The notes: generated by a model from the letters alone, not told the origin. DNA of 64,000 nt from Mobula hypostoma (GCF_963921235.1 NC_086107.1:101992001-102056000), one strand, 5' to 3'; positions 52,270 to 64,000 are shown, numbered from the stretch's first letter. Made by a program: numbers and translations.

Positions 52270-52770
52270 TTAATATAATTTTGAAATTATGTTATTGCCA
52301 TTTTGAAATTATGTTAATATAATTTTGAAATCTGTGTTAATATAATTATGAAATACCTCATAATTATGTGTTAATTAATATAATCCATAAATTTTCTAAC
52401 TAATAAACATACCACAGCCTGTACTTTGAAACATTTTAGAGCTTCAACATAGTTCCATTGTCAGTGTTTCAAGTTATGACACTGTTACAAATTGTAACAA
52501 TAAACACAATGGAATTCAGTAGCTCATTGTTAATAAACCGCCAGCCCGCTGAATGCAATATGAAATGTTTTTGTTGTGTACTGTGTTTCATTATACCTTT
52601 CAATTAATAAATAAAATTGAAAGTATGTGATTTTTCAATATTTTTTCCTAAATATTCATACAAAATAAATCACTTAAAGTGCCGTGCAGTTTTCAGGCCA
52701 TGTAAAAATTTCCTGCTCAGAGCAATGGTTGGTCTGCGCAGTTGTAAACAAAACTTAGAGGGAATGTTGT
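52270..52770 (+). mobile_element. AT-rich hAT-like non-autonomous element, family B
   Basis: Matches ~530-870 (+) and ~58515-58960 (-); ends TTAGAGGGAATGTTG, resembling hAT termini CA(A/G)TGTTCCCTCTAA. Confidence 0.6.
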
Positions 52771-53214
52771 ATGTGTTACTCTGGATTTCCAGCATCTGCA
52801 GGATTTCTTGTGTTCAAGAACAGCTGTTTCCCTTCAACTGTCCAGTTCTTGAACCACAATGATAATATATGTTAGGGGTCACTCAGGATTTACGAAATCA
52901 TGAATAGCATAATTAGGGGTTAACTACAGAGAGAACGAGTCTTCAGGAAATAAAACCTGTACACAATTTAACTTCCAGCTGATACTTTGTGCTTAGTGAA
53001 GCCACTCATTCAAATTCTGTCCTGTTGAAACTATACAGTAATCCCCAGGCTGATGGCTCCAGGAAAGAATGTTACCACTATCAGCACTTTGTTAAAGGAG
53101 TATCCCTGCCACTTAATGCACAGTTCAGGACAGGTCCATTCTGGCCTATCCTTCAACATAGCAACATAAGGTGTATATTTCGGATGTTTCTGGTCACCCC
53201 GTTATTTATCTATC

Positions 53215-53495
53215 TATCTATTTATTTATTGAGGTACAGCACGGAATAGGCCCTTCCGGCCCTTCGAGCCTCACCATCCAACAACCCCCCCAATTTCACC
53301 CTAGCCTAATCACGGGACAGTTTACAATGACCAATTAACCTGCCAACCTGCACATCTTTGGACTGTGGGAGGAAAACAGAGCACCCGGAGGGAAACCCAG
53401 GTGGTCACGGGGAGAACGTACAAACTTCTTACAGACAGCAGTGGGAACTGAACCACGGTCGCCTGTAATGTAATGTATTGTGCTAACCACTACAC
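53215..53495 (-). mobile_element. HE1/V-SINE-like tRNA-derived SINE (best-preserved copy)
   Basis: Minus strand: tRNA-like head GTAGTGGTTAGCAC...GGTTCAGTTCCC, V-domain-like TTTGTACGTTCTCCCCGTG, CR1-like tail; weaker copies near 4.7-4.9, 7.7-7.9, 9.8-10.0, 11.1-11.2, 13.6-13.8, 14.9-15.2, 30.1-30.4 and 48.5-48.7 kb. Confidence 0.8.
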
Positions 53496-53994
53496 AACAG
53501 TTTTGTTGCTATTTTGGGCATTTCTTGATCAGGGCGGCCTGCAGATAACGAACAGCACGGGGCTACATTGAATTGAACTGAGCTTAACTGAACATGCCTG
53601 GGCTCTTCCAATTTTATGTTTATATTCTGTGTTTTACACTCTTTTTTGCCATTTGCGTGATTTGGATTTTTTTTGTGTGCGCGTTGCTCAAGCGGGGTTT
53701 GATGTTTTTCTTTGAATGGGCTCCTCAGTTTTCTTTCTTCCGTGGCTGTCTGTGGGAAGAGGAATCTCAGGGCAGTAGACTGCATAGTTTGTATGTATGT
53801 AGACATACGTCGTTTGACAATAAAGTTATTTTGCATCTTTGAATCTAGAGGCTTTTGAAAGGGACGCCAAAGGGATTCTGCTGGTTGGGGTGTGCTATAA
53901 TTGTAAATATGTAATTCTGTAAATTCACCTGACCACATCTCAAATCTTAAAGTTCTGTGATTATAGCAATTGAAACTGTAGTTAATCGTTCATT

Positions 53995-54225
53995 CACAAA
54001 AAATGCTGGTGAACACAGCAGGCCAGGCAGCAACTATAGGAAGAGGTACAGTCGACGTTTTGGGCCGGGACCCTTCGTCAGGTTCAGTTAGTCCTGACGA
54101 AGGGTCCCAGCCCGAAACGTCGACTGTACCTCTTCCTATAGTTGCTGCCTGGCCTGCTGCGTTCACCAGCAATTTTTGTGTGTGTTGCTTGAAATTCCAG
54201 CATCTGCAGATTTCCTTGTGTCTGT
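53995..54225. mobile_element. Palindromic Penelope-derived mini-element with back-to-back hammerheads
   Basis: ~90-bp inverted arms; 14-bp duplication GTTAATC(G/A)TTCATT at 53981-53994 and 54226-54239. Confidence 0.82.
54090..54125 (+). ncRNA. Minimal type-I hammerhead ribozyme
   Basis: AGTC-CTGACGA-AGGGTCCCAGCCC-GAAA-CGTC-GACT, core intact. Confidence 0.78.
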
Positions 54226-54963
54226 GTTAATCATTCATTGTTGTCTTTGTGTTGAAAAACTACAAACATCATGTTGAGAGAGTGAGACTCTCTTGGATCC
54301 TCCCATTCTCTCTCTCTCTCTCTCTCGGAGGTTTGCTGTGTGAATAAAAGACCTTTATATTTCCCAGTTACAGCTTCCGTGTGGCTCAGTTTTAGCCAGT
54401 CACGACAGTCAGTCATAACAACCGCTAGTTATCTCAGTGTAGCAACATTCTGACCACTTTGCACTGAAGCCAACTTTTTCTTTGTTCTGTGTTCTTCCTT
54501 GTAAAAATTTATGCTTAATTTACCTTTTTCTTGTGAATGTTGCTGATAGGATGGTATGTGCCTGTGATGCTACTGAAAGTAAGTTTCATTGTGCACATAA
54601 CAATCAACGTGAAAACAAGAAAATCTGCAGATGCTGGAAATGCAAAGCAACACACACAAAATGCTGGAGGGACTCAGCAGGTCAGGAAGTATCTATGGAA
54701 AAGAGCAAACAGTCAACGTTTTGGGCTGAAACCCTTCATCAGGACTTTGTAACAGTAGCTCGTCCTTGTAAGACAATGACAGTTGAAGTATAGAGAGATT
54801 TAATATGTGCCTAAAATTATTTTCATATGTGTCTCCGATTATTTAAACAATTGACAATAATGGCTGGCTGATAATATCTTTATATTCCTCATTCCCTGAA
54901 TGATAAGCAGGTAAGAATTTTATCTGTGTCCATAGCCCAGTAATGGGTATTTAAAATTTGCAG

Positions 54964-55036
54964 CACCCCAGATGGGACTTGAACCCACAATCCCTGGCTT
55001 AGGAGGCCAATGCCTTATCCATTAGGCCACTGGGGC
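54964..55036 (-). tRNA. tRNA-Arg (anticodon CCT)
   Basis: Reverse complement GCCCCAGTGGCCTAATGGATAAGGCATTGGCCTCCTAAGCCAGGGATTGTGGGTTCAAGTCCCATCTGGGGTG, 73 nt; full cloverleaf, A and B boxes, TTTT Pol III terminator a few nt downstream. Confidence 0.96.
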
Positions 55037-55214
55037 TGAGTGAAGATTCTACTAGAAATAGCAACTATTTGGTCTTAGATTGCATCAATATTTATCAAAA
55101 CCCAGAAAATTATAATGAATCAACAACAATTTTGCAGGAAGAGAATCCTATCTTGGGAAACTGAATGGTTATGATATGAATCAAAACCAGAAACGTTTTT
55201 GAAGGTTTAATGAT

Positions 55215-55560
55215 TCCAGACACCAGACAGTGGAGATCTAGCCATGAGGGCCAGACAGTGAGTGTTAGACATAAAGTCCCAGACAATCAGGACCTGGTGG
55301 TGCGACCCCAACAGTGAGTTCCAGACGCTGAGACCCTGACAATGAAGGTCAAACAACAAGGGTTTGTCAGTGAGCCTCTGTTAGAGATTCTCAGACTGGG
55401 TGTCCCAGACAGTGAGTGCCAGACAGTGAGGATCAGACTGTTGAGTCCCAGACAGTGTGAACCAGAGAGTGAAACCCAGACAGTAAGTCCCAGATAGTGA
55501 GTCCCAGGGTGGATCAAACAATAAGGATCAACTCGTGAGTCCCAGGGGGTGAGGGTCAAA
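55215..55560. repeat. Degenerate CCCAGACAGTGAG tandem repeat
   Basis: Repeated CCAGACAGTGAG units immediately 5' of the tRNA gene. Confidence 0.7.
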
Positions 55561-55999
55561 CAATCCCAGCCAGCCCCTGCCGCAGATCTGTTTTCCCTGC
55601 CCATCACTGAGTTATCTCCGGGCTGGCTTGACCGGCAAGGAGGGGATCTGGGACCTGCCTTGTGTCTACTTCCCCCTGCCCATCTGCTGACACCCCAGTG
55701 TCCAGGTGCAGGGAGCCACACATGCCCCCCCCCCCCGTTAGTGGCCATGACCAGTGTGGGAAGGGGAGCTCCATGTGGGCCACTCTGACAACCTGCTGAA
55801 GCGACTCAGCCCGAAATGTGGACTCTACTCTTTTCCACAGTTGCTGCCTGGCCTGTTGAGTTCCTCCAGCATTCTGTGGGTTTGGATTTGCTTTGGATTT
55901 CCAGCATCTGCAGATTCTCTCTTGTCTCTGACATCCCTCTGCCTGCCACTCCCCGGCAGAGGCCCGATGCGGACTCTTGGCACAAGGGAGACTCTGTCT

Positions 56000-57290
56000 G
56001 GGGCAGGCGAGTGACAACTCTGCATCCAGCTTGTTACGAGGTGGTTGCATCCCTGTGAGACGATGCGCGTTTCCTCTCATGCCTGGACCATTGACTCACT
56101 CTCAGGGGTCGGCAGCAGCATCAAAATATAACCCGTCGATAATCTACCGTCTACCCATTCGGAATTGCCAGTGGTTCACGCACAGCTGCTCCTAACGTAC
56201 CAGAACTTTGATTCCCGGACTTCCTCCACTCACCGGGACAACAACCCGCTCCATCATTCCTACATTCTTTCACTCACCGGGACCCCTTTCCCTCCCCATT
56301 CCTATATCCCTCCACTCTGAGACCCTCCTCCTTCCCATTCCCAGATCCCTCCACTCCCACTTCGCTCCTCTCTTTGAACTGATCGGTGTTCATTGCTGTG
56401 TTCCCTTTAAACTCGCCGGGCTCTCTGAAATCTATTAAACCGCTGAGTTACAACTTAAAAACAAGTGATTTTTTTTTTAAAAAAGCAACAAACAATCTGC
56501 CGGAGGAACAGTCGAACAGCATCTGCAGGGGGAAATGAACAGTCGATGTTTGAATCAAAATGCCAGTGGCAGGGGAAAGGGACCTGGCCTTTCAGATCCT
56601 AAGGCAGAGTTTCCATCCAAACATCCATTTTCCTCCACAGATGCTGTTCTTCCAGCAGATTATTTGTTGCTCTGGATTCCAGCGTCTGCAGATTTTTTTT
56701 TGTCTCTGAATGTATTGAATAACATCCAGTAGTCTAGAAAATCTGACGGTCCAGCTGCACCGAAGTCCAGAGTGTGGCGGATTAATTGGAGTTTGATTGA
56801 TTAAGAGAATATTGGTTGAAAGGAAAAGGACAAAACTACCGGAAATTTATCTGGGGAGCGCACCCTTTGGTTTCCCCTGATGGCTTTAAGATTAGTCGAG
56901 CATCCGGCTCAAACCTCGTCTGATCGGCCGTGGTTTCTACCCGGAGGCTGGCAGCGGACATTTTGTATGGAATCCCCTCCTCCGTGACATCATGAGTGGC
57001 GGAGGAGGGATCTCCCGGGATAACGAGGCAGAAGTGGATCTGTACAAAATGTCTGCTGCCAGCCCGTCCTCCCTCTAACCAGCCGGGACCGGAGAGTTCT
57101 CCGGGGAGGTGGGCAGAGAGAGAGTTAGTGCAATTGCACGGCTCCCTCTCTACAACACCTCCGCGTTCTGCGGCCAGTGTGAGGGATTAATTTCCTCGCA
57201 GCAGCAAATCGTGCGCCCAACAGGGCAAAGCATTTCACAATAAAAGCAGCCTACACAAGGTGGCGCTGTCCGATAACAAGTGCCTTTTAA
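56000..57290. promoter_or_regulatory. CpG-enriched promoter-like region
   Basis: Visibly more CG dinucleotides than the flanks; ETS-like CCGGA(A) motifs; minus-strand GTGAGT donor-like sites. Confidence 0.4.
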
Positions 57291-57815
57291 TAATCACTTT
57301 CCATACAGATGGTGCTTTACAATGAGATAAAAATACAAACGTGAACATTTTTTAAATAATCATGAAAATAAAAGAAAATATGTTAGTTAAAAGCAAGGTT
57401 AAATAAATGGGTTTTGAGCTGGCGTTTTAAATTTTCAACTGAGTCGTTATCCCCTATAGTTTTTATGTGTTGAATTCCACAGTTTAGGAGCTTAGTTCGA
57501 AAAAGCTGACCCTGCCAACTATCTTTTGAGGGAGATTATTTAAATTTAATAGACCGGCGGAAGAAGACCTGAAAGCTGGATTATAAGACACAAACGATTC
57601 TGTGATGTACTCTGGTCCCAGACCATTAAGAGCTTTAAAAACAAGTAAGAGACCTTTACAAAATCAGTTCTAAAAGATACAGGAAGCTAATGCAGAGCAG
57701 CTAGTATGGGAGTTCCCTCATCTTGGTTTCGGTTAAAACGTCCAGCAGCGGCGTTCTGAATGACCCGAAGTTTGTCAATAGGTTGCTTTGGAAGGCCAGT
57801 AAAAAAATGACACTG
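57290..57815 (-). mobile_element. L2-type LINE 3' fragment
   Basis: Minus-strand translation resembles LHxLPVSFRxDFKxLLLVFKALNGLGPEYI, the L2 ORF2 C-terminus. Confidence 0.65.
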
Positions 57816-58514
57816 TATTCAAAAAGCCAAAGTACAGTTTACTGTCATCCACACAGGTACACGTACGCACAGGTGCAGTGAAAAACGTGCGTCCGGCAGC
57901 AGTACTGGTATATGCCAGCAGATGAGCAGCATTCATGAGAAAAATATAAATTAGACGTACATTATACAATTTTACAAGAAAACGCAATTAGATCTAAACA
58001 GTCCGTTTCAGTGCAGCACGGTCAAAAGTGGTCATAGTGGTGTTAAACTGTAGTGATGGGGACTTGGTCGGTTGGTTCAGGAACCGAGTGGTTGAAGGGA
58101 AGCAGCTGTTCTTGAACCGGATCACACCCTCAACAATCGATGCCATCATCTCCTCAAGCTACCAAACCTGGCCCTCAGTACATCCCTCTGCAAAATGGAT
58201 GCCTCGACTTCCTCACTGCGAGACCCACAGTCAGTACGTGTCGGTTTTAGTATCTCCTCGTCGCTGACCATCAACACAGGCGCACCAACATCTCTCTACA
58301 TGCATGACTGCGGCGCTAAGCGCAGCTCAAACGCCATCTGTGAATTGGCCGATGAATTCACCGCTGTCGTTGGTAAACTCTCAGATGGCGATGACAAGTG
58401 TAAGGGGGTGAAAGAGATCAGCTGGTTGAGTGGTGGCGCGGCAACAACCTCACACTCAACCTCAGCAAGACCAAGGAATTGATTGTGGGGTCAGAAAGAC
58501 TTCACTGAGGGGCA

Positions 58515-58960
58515 ACGTCCTCTATTATTTTTTTACAGCTGTGCGGACCAACCAGTGCTCTGAGCAGGAAGTTTTTAGAAAACAGCAAGGCACTTGAACT
58601 TTTTTTTTTGTAAAATGCACATCAGACAAACAGAAACCACAAACCACAGCGTACAAAACAAGTAAGTGATGTCAGGCAGCCAACTCAGAGGCGCAATGGC
58701 ATTGGTGTTCAGCGGGCCTGAGCTTTATTAACGATTTCTGAGTTTAAGGTTACAATTTGTAACAGTGCTGTAACTTGAAACATTGTTAATGTAAGTATGT
58801 TGAAGCTCTAAAATGTTTCAAAGTGAAGATTATGGTACGTTTATTAATTTAAAAACATGGATTATATTCATTAGCACATAATTACATGGTAGTTCTCAGT
58901 TATATTAACATAGATTTCACAATTATATTCACATAATTTCAAAGTTGGAATAGCATCATT
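58515..58960 (-). mobile_element. Family B element, inverted copy
   Basis: Reverse-complement match to 52270-52770 (TTACAATTTGTAAC, GCTCTAAAATGTTTCAAAG, CTGAGCAGGAA). Confidence 0.6.
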
Positions 58961-58965
58961 TCAAA

Positions 58966-59475
58966 GCTACAGTACATATATATTGCTAGGGTGCCTAAGA
59001 CTTTTGCACAGTACTGTATTTGTCAGCGCGGAGTAGAGAGCAAATTTGTAAATCTGGCGGGAGCAAAGGATGCTGGAAATTGTGAGGGTAGAGCGCCTCA
59101 TGAAGGTTGTGGGGCAGCTGGTAGAGAAGTGCCAGGGCAGGGGTGGTGCAGGTGCAGACACACCAGCCCTGAGACACCAAACAAGCCAATTTGATCCCAA
59201 ACAATTGGTTTATTGATCATTACAGAATGTCTCTCAGATGCTTCCAACTCTCTTCCATTTTCCCAACCATGATTCCCCTCCCCCTGCCCCTTCCCACTCT
59301 CAGTCCAAAATAGAGACCCGTATCAGAATCAGATTTATCTTCACTCACATAAGTCATGTTTTTTTTTTGTGTGGCAGTAGTACAGTGCAATACATAAAAT
59401 TATTACAGTACTGTGCAAAAGTTTTAGGCTCCCTGGCTACATGTATATATATCTAAGAGGTTTGCTCAGTATTGT
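58966..59475. mobile_element. Tc1-like composite MITE
   Basis: Repeated inverted termini CTAAGACTTTTGCACAGTACTGTA / TACAGTACTGTGCAAAAGTTTTAGG. Confidence 0.55.
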
Positions 59476-60102
59476 ATATTAAAACTGTATAAAATAATAT
59501 TCCAGTTGTGTGGTAACGAAGGCTATGTGCGTGTGAGCATTTCAGTTACTGCGCGACCCCGCACCTACAAGGCTGAGTGGGAGCAGTGTTGAGGGGTCAG
59601 TGGTGGAAGAGGCGAGCAGTTTCAATATCTCAGAGGATTCACCCCGAACCCAAGACGCAGAGGCAAGATAAATATCCAACACAAAGAAGGCAAGCTACTT
59701 CATTAAGAGCTTCAGGAGATTTGGTATATCACCAAAAACCCTTTGCAAGTCTCTACAGATGGACAGTGGATAGGAATGTGACTGGTACAGGGTTAACAAT
59801 GTGCAGGATTGCAAGAGGCTGCAGGGAGCTGCAGACTTGGCCGGGTCCGTCACGGGTACAGCTCTCCTCACCAATGAGGATATCTTCAATCGGTGTCGCC
59901 TCACCCAAGGGACGTCCACTCTCATTACCACCACCCGGGGGTGGGGGGGGGGGAGGTATGGGAGCCTGAGACCACACACTCAAAGTTTTAGGAACAGCTT
60001 CTTCCCCTTCTGCCATCGGATTTCATTGTAATCAGTTCTGGTTGCCTTATGCAAAGGATGTGGAAGCTTTAAAGAGGGTGCACAGGATGCCTCCTGGATT
60101 AG

Positions 60103-60749
60103 ATTTAGATTTTAGATTATGAGGACACGCAGTCCTCTTTTATTGTCATTTAGTAATGCATGCATTAAGAAATGATACAATGTTTTTCCAGAATGATATC
60201 ACAGAAACACATGACAAACCAATTTAAAAACTGACAAAAACCACATAATTATAACATATAGTTACAACAGTGCAAAGCAATACCGTAATTTGATAAGAAC
60301 AGACCATGGGCACGGTAAAAGTCTCAAAGTCTCTCAAAAGTCCCATCATCTCACGCAAACAGCGAACCTCCAGCGCTGCTAACTTGCCGATGCAGCATAC
60401 TGGAAGCACCCGACCACAGTCCGACTCTTGAGTCTGTCCGAAAACTCCGAGCCTCCGACCAGCCCTCCAACACTGAGCACCTAGCACCATCTCTGCCAAG
60501 CACTTCGACCCCAGCCCTGGCAACAGGTAATAGGCAAAGCCAAGGATTTGGGGCCTTCCCCTCCGGAGATTCCGGTTACCACACAGTAGCAGTGGCAGCG
60601 AAGCGGGCATTTCAGAAGTTACTCCAGGTGTTCCTCTGCGCTTGTCACGGCTGTCTCCATCAAATCAGGATTGTGCACGACCCCCTAGTTAACACATATC
60701 CATATCAATTCGAAACGGCCGCGCGCACTGCGTCGTGTCGCCAACTTCA
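60103..60749 (-). mobile_element. Non-autonomous retroelement family A, copy 3, inside a CR1 remnant
   Basis: Same sequence family; (ATCTAA)n tail; splits CR1-like sequence at GGATTAGA. Confidence 0.8.
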
Positions 60750-61269
60750 GAGTTAAAGAACATGTCTTATGATGAGCAAGCTAGGGCTTTTCTCTCTGGA
60801 GAGAAGGAGGATGAAAGTTGACTTTATAGAGGCATATAAGATAATATAAGGCATAAAGTGGACAGCCAGCACTTCTTTCCTGGCTAATACAAGAGGGGGT
60901 GACTTTAAGGTGAGTGGAGACAAGAATAAGGTAGAATCAGAGGCAGATTGTTTTTACACAGAGTGGTAGGTGCATGGAACGCTCTGCTGGGTGACAGTGG
61001 AGGCAGATACATTAGGGACAATTGAGGGTTTTGTAGGGGGGGAGGGTTAAATTGATCCTCTTCTGGGCCCATCACCTCTGCTGGGACATGGGCCACTGAG
61101 ACCAGCCCACCCCAGTTCTCTGTCCTGGGCCGGCCTTTCCATCCTTCAAGGTGTCGCCCGTCGGGGATCCTCCCCCTTCCAGGGATGAGGTTTTCGGAGC
61201 TCCTGTTTGGTTAAAAAGTTGGCACAACATCGCGGGCCTATTATACCATGTTATACTATGCGTTCTAGG

Positions 61270-62400
61270 TCGCATAGACTGTGAGGAAGTCAAGGATCCA
61301 GTTTCAGAGGGAGATACAGAGGCCCAGGTTTTGGAGCTTGTTGATCAGAAGTGAGGGTATGATGGTGTTGAATGCTGAGCTGTAGTCAATAAACAGCAGC
61401 CTTTCATGAGTATTACCATTGTCCAGGTGATCCAAGGCCAAGTGGCATGCTGGTGGCTGCAAATCTGTTATAGTGAGAGGCAAATTCAGCGGGTCCAGGC
61501 CTTTGCTTAAGTCCTTGATTCTAGCCATGAACAACCTCCCAAAACACTTCATCGCAGTCGATGTGAGTGCGACTAGGTGATAGTTACTGAGGCAGCTCAC
61601 CCTGATCTCCTTGGCCACCGGTGTGATTGTCACCCTTTTGAACCTCTGACTGGAGTCCTGAGAGACCGAAGATGCCTCAAACACTCCTGCCAGTTGGTTG
61701 GCACTGGTTTTCAGAGCCCTCCCGTGCACACCATTGGGGCCTGACGCCTTGCAAGGGTTTACCCTCTTGAAAGATGTTTTGACATTGGCCTCCGAGGCAG
61801 AGATCACGGGGTCACCAGGTGCTGCAGATGTTGAGCTCATCTGAGAGTGAAGCGTCCCATTCATGATGCTGGGTTTGGCTTTGTAGGAAGTGATGGCCTG
61901 CAAACCCTGCCAGAGCTGGTGTGCATCCGATTCCATCACCAACCTCAATCAGAATTGTTTTATCAACCTTAAAATAGCCTTCCACGGGCTGAGCCTTTAC
62001 TCCTTGAAATGTTCTAGATCACTGTTCTTGAATGCCACTGATACAGCCCTCAGCGGAATATAAAACTCCATGCCTTCTTGTCTGGGTTTGCCTGGTATGT
62101 TCTCGAAGGCACACACTCATCCACAACCAGTCTTGTTGAGTCGGTGACAACTGTGGCATCTTCATCAGACTCAAAGATACTTATCAAACCGACTCAAAGC
62201 AGTCCTGTAAGGGCTCCTCCACCTCCCTTGACTGGTCCTCGCCACTGGTGCTGCTGCCTGCACACAGGGCCAGGAGACCGGACTTGCCGATGCATGGGAA
62301 TGCAATGGCCCAAGAAGCATTCTTGATGGTGGTGTAACAGTGGTCGAGCGTGCTGGCTCTTCTGGTTCCACAGCTGATACGTTGGTTGTAATTGTTCAGA
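61270..62400 (-). mobile_element. Rex1/Babar LINE fragment
   Basis: VNPCKASGPNGV...VALTSTAMKCFGRL...LLFIDYSSAFNTIIP; TLDHCYTTIKNA. Confidence 0.88.
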
Positions 62401-63259
62401 GACAAAAAATAGATTTGAAAATAAATCTGAGATTTTTTTTAAAAATTGAGACATTACTTAATTGAAAGTCAGTGCAAGTCATTAAGTTATGGGTAATAGA
62501 TGAACGAGGTTTAATGCAAATTAAGTTACAAGTAACACCGTTTTGGACAAAATCACAACTGCCCACTCTCTTGAAGGTAAATACCCACTTTCTTAAAATA
62601 ATTACAATACTCTCTATATGCAAATAATCTACAAATATTATGGTGAAAAGTCGGTGGCTATTGATCTGCCTGCAGGAAATAGCACACTTGTAACCAAGTA
62701 AGGAAAGAATTGATTGAACGAAGCCAGCAAAGTTGTGATGCTCCCCTTGTTAACAGCTTAACAGTCACATCTGGCCACCTGCCATTCCCCTCTCCCCAGT
62801 GCCCACCTCCTTACTCCTCTCCTGTGGCTGTATGAGACCAAGGATAAAAGAGACAGCAGACGTCGGAACCTAGAACCAAAACACAGCACTGGGAGAATTG
62901 AGCAGATCAGACAGCAGCTGTGGAGGCTACTGCATCAGGACTGAGCGGGGCAAGGATTGATTACCAAGTGCAAGTACGAGCCGGTGGGGGTGGGATAGCA
63001 CTGGCAGGTGATAGGTGGGACCAGAGGGGAGAGGATGATGGGACCAGCATGGAGGGGAGGGAGGGGTTAGAGAGATGGGAGGGATGAATAAAGGGGGCTG
63101 AAAACCAAGAGGACAGGTGAGTGTGTGAGTGGAGGGAGAACGTGGGTAGGAGGTAAAACATCTCATACTCCATTGGGAACTGACAACTAACAATATCATC
63201 AAGGACGCCTGCCACCCTGACATTCCCTTCCCTCTCTTCTGCCTCCTGGGAGGACATAC

Positions 63260-63965
63260 AAAGTAGCTGGTTGTGGATTACAGGAGGAATGGAGACAGGC
63301 TAACCCCTATAGACATCAATGGATCTGGGGTTGAGAGGGTGAACATCTTTAAGTTCCTCAGCATACACATCACCGAGGATCTCACGTGGTCTGTACATAC
63401 CGGCTGTGTGGTGAAAAAGGCACAACAGTGCCTCTTTCACTGGTTGAAGAAGTTTGGCATGAATCCCCAAATCCTAAGGACTTTCTACAGGGGCACAATT
63501 GAGAGCATCCTGACTGGCTGCATCACTGCCTGGTACGGGAACTGTACTTCTCTCAATCACAGGACTCTGCAGAGAGTGGTGCGGACAGCCCAGTACATCT
63601 GTAGATGTGAACTTCCCACTATTCAGGACATTCACAAAGACAGGTGTGTAAAAAGGGCCCGAAGGATCATTGGACCCAAGTCACCCCAACCGCAAACTGT
63701 TCCAGCTGCTACCATCCGGGAAACGGTACCGCAGCATAAAAGCCAGGACCAACAGGCTCCAGGACAGCTTCTTCCACCAGGCTATCAGACTGATGAACTC
63801 ACGCTGATACAATTGTATTTCTGTTATACTGACTGTCCTGTGGTACAGACTATTTATTACAAAGTACTATAAATTGCACATCGCGCATTTGGATGGAGAC
63901 GTAACGTAAAGATTTTTACTCCTCATGACGTGAAGGATGTAAGAAATAAAGTCAATTCAATTCAA
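63260..63965 (+). mobile_element. Rex1/Babar LINE 3' fragment
   Basis: PIDINGSGVERVNIFKFL...FYRGTIESILTGCITAWYG; AATAAAGTCAATTCAATTCAA tail. Confidence 0.88.
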
Positions 63966-64000
63966 GAAAATAAATCTCAAGGTTGTCTATGGTAACATAT

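Noticed and set aside
57085..57150. Superficial resemblance to RNase MRP RNA or telomerase CR4/5 (GGAGAGTTCTCCGG...GGGCAGAGAG)
   Set aside because: The conserved GAAAGUC/P4 partner and a telomerase template are absent

Overview
Eukaryotic, repeat-rich vertebrate genomic DNA. The mix of HE1/V-SINE-like elements, CR1, Rex1/Babar and Penelope-like repeats suggests a cartilaginous fish, probably a ray (inference). Host genes: (1) the last ten coding exons of an ANKFN1/wide-awake-like gene on + (1460-21919, about 617 codons; all junctions GT-AG and phase-consistent; the 5' part lies outside the window); (2) a 98-aa single-pass membrane microprotein ORF on - (44075-44371) resembling the SMIM5/18/22 family, with an RFX X-box just upstream; (3) a tRNA-Arg(CCT) gene on - (54964-55036). 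The rest is mostly nested transposable elements. The most striking signal is a family of Penelope-like elements and short palindromic derivatives carrying minimal type-I hammerhead ribozymes (CTGAnGA...GAAACGTC), several with 14-15 bp target-site duplications. There is also an unexplained ~120-nt branched fold-back in a CpG-rich stretch near 57 kb. Repeat boundaries are approximate and family names come from recalled motifs, not database searches.
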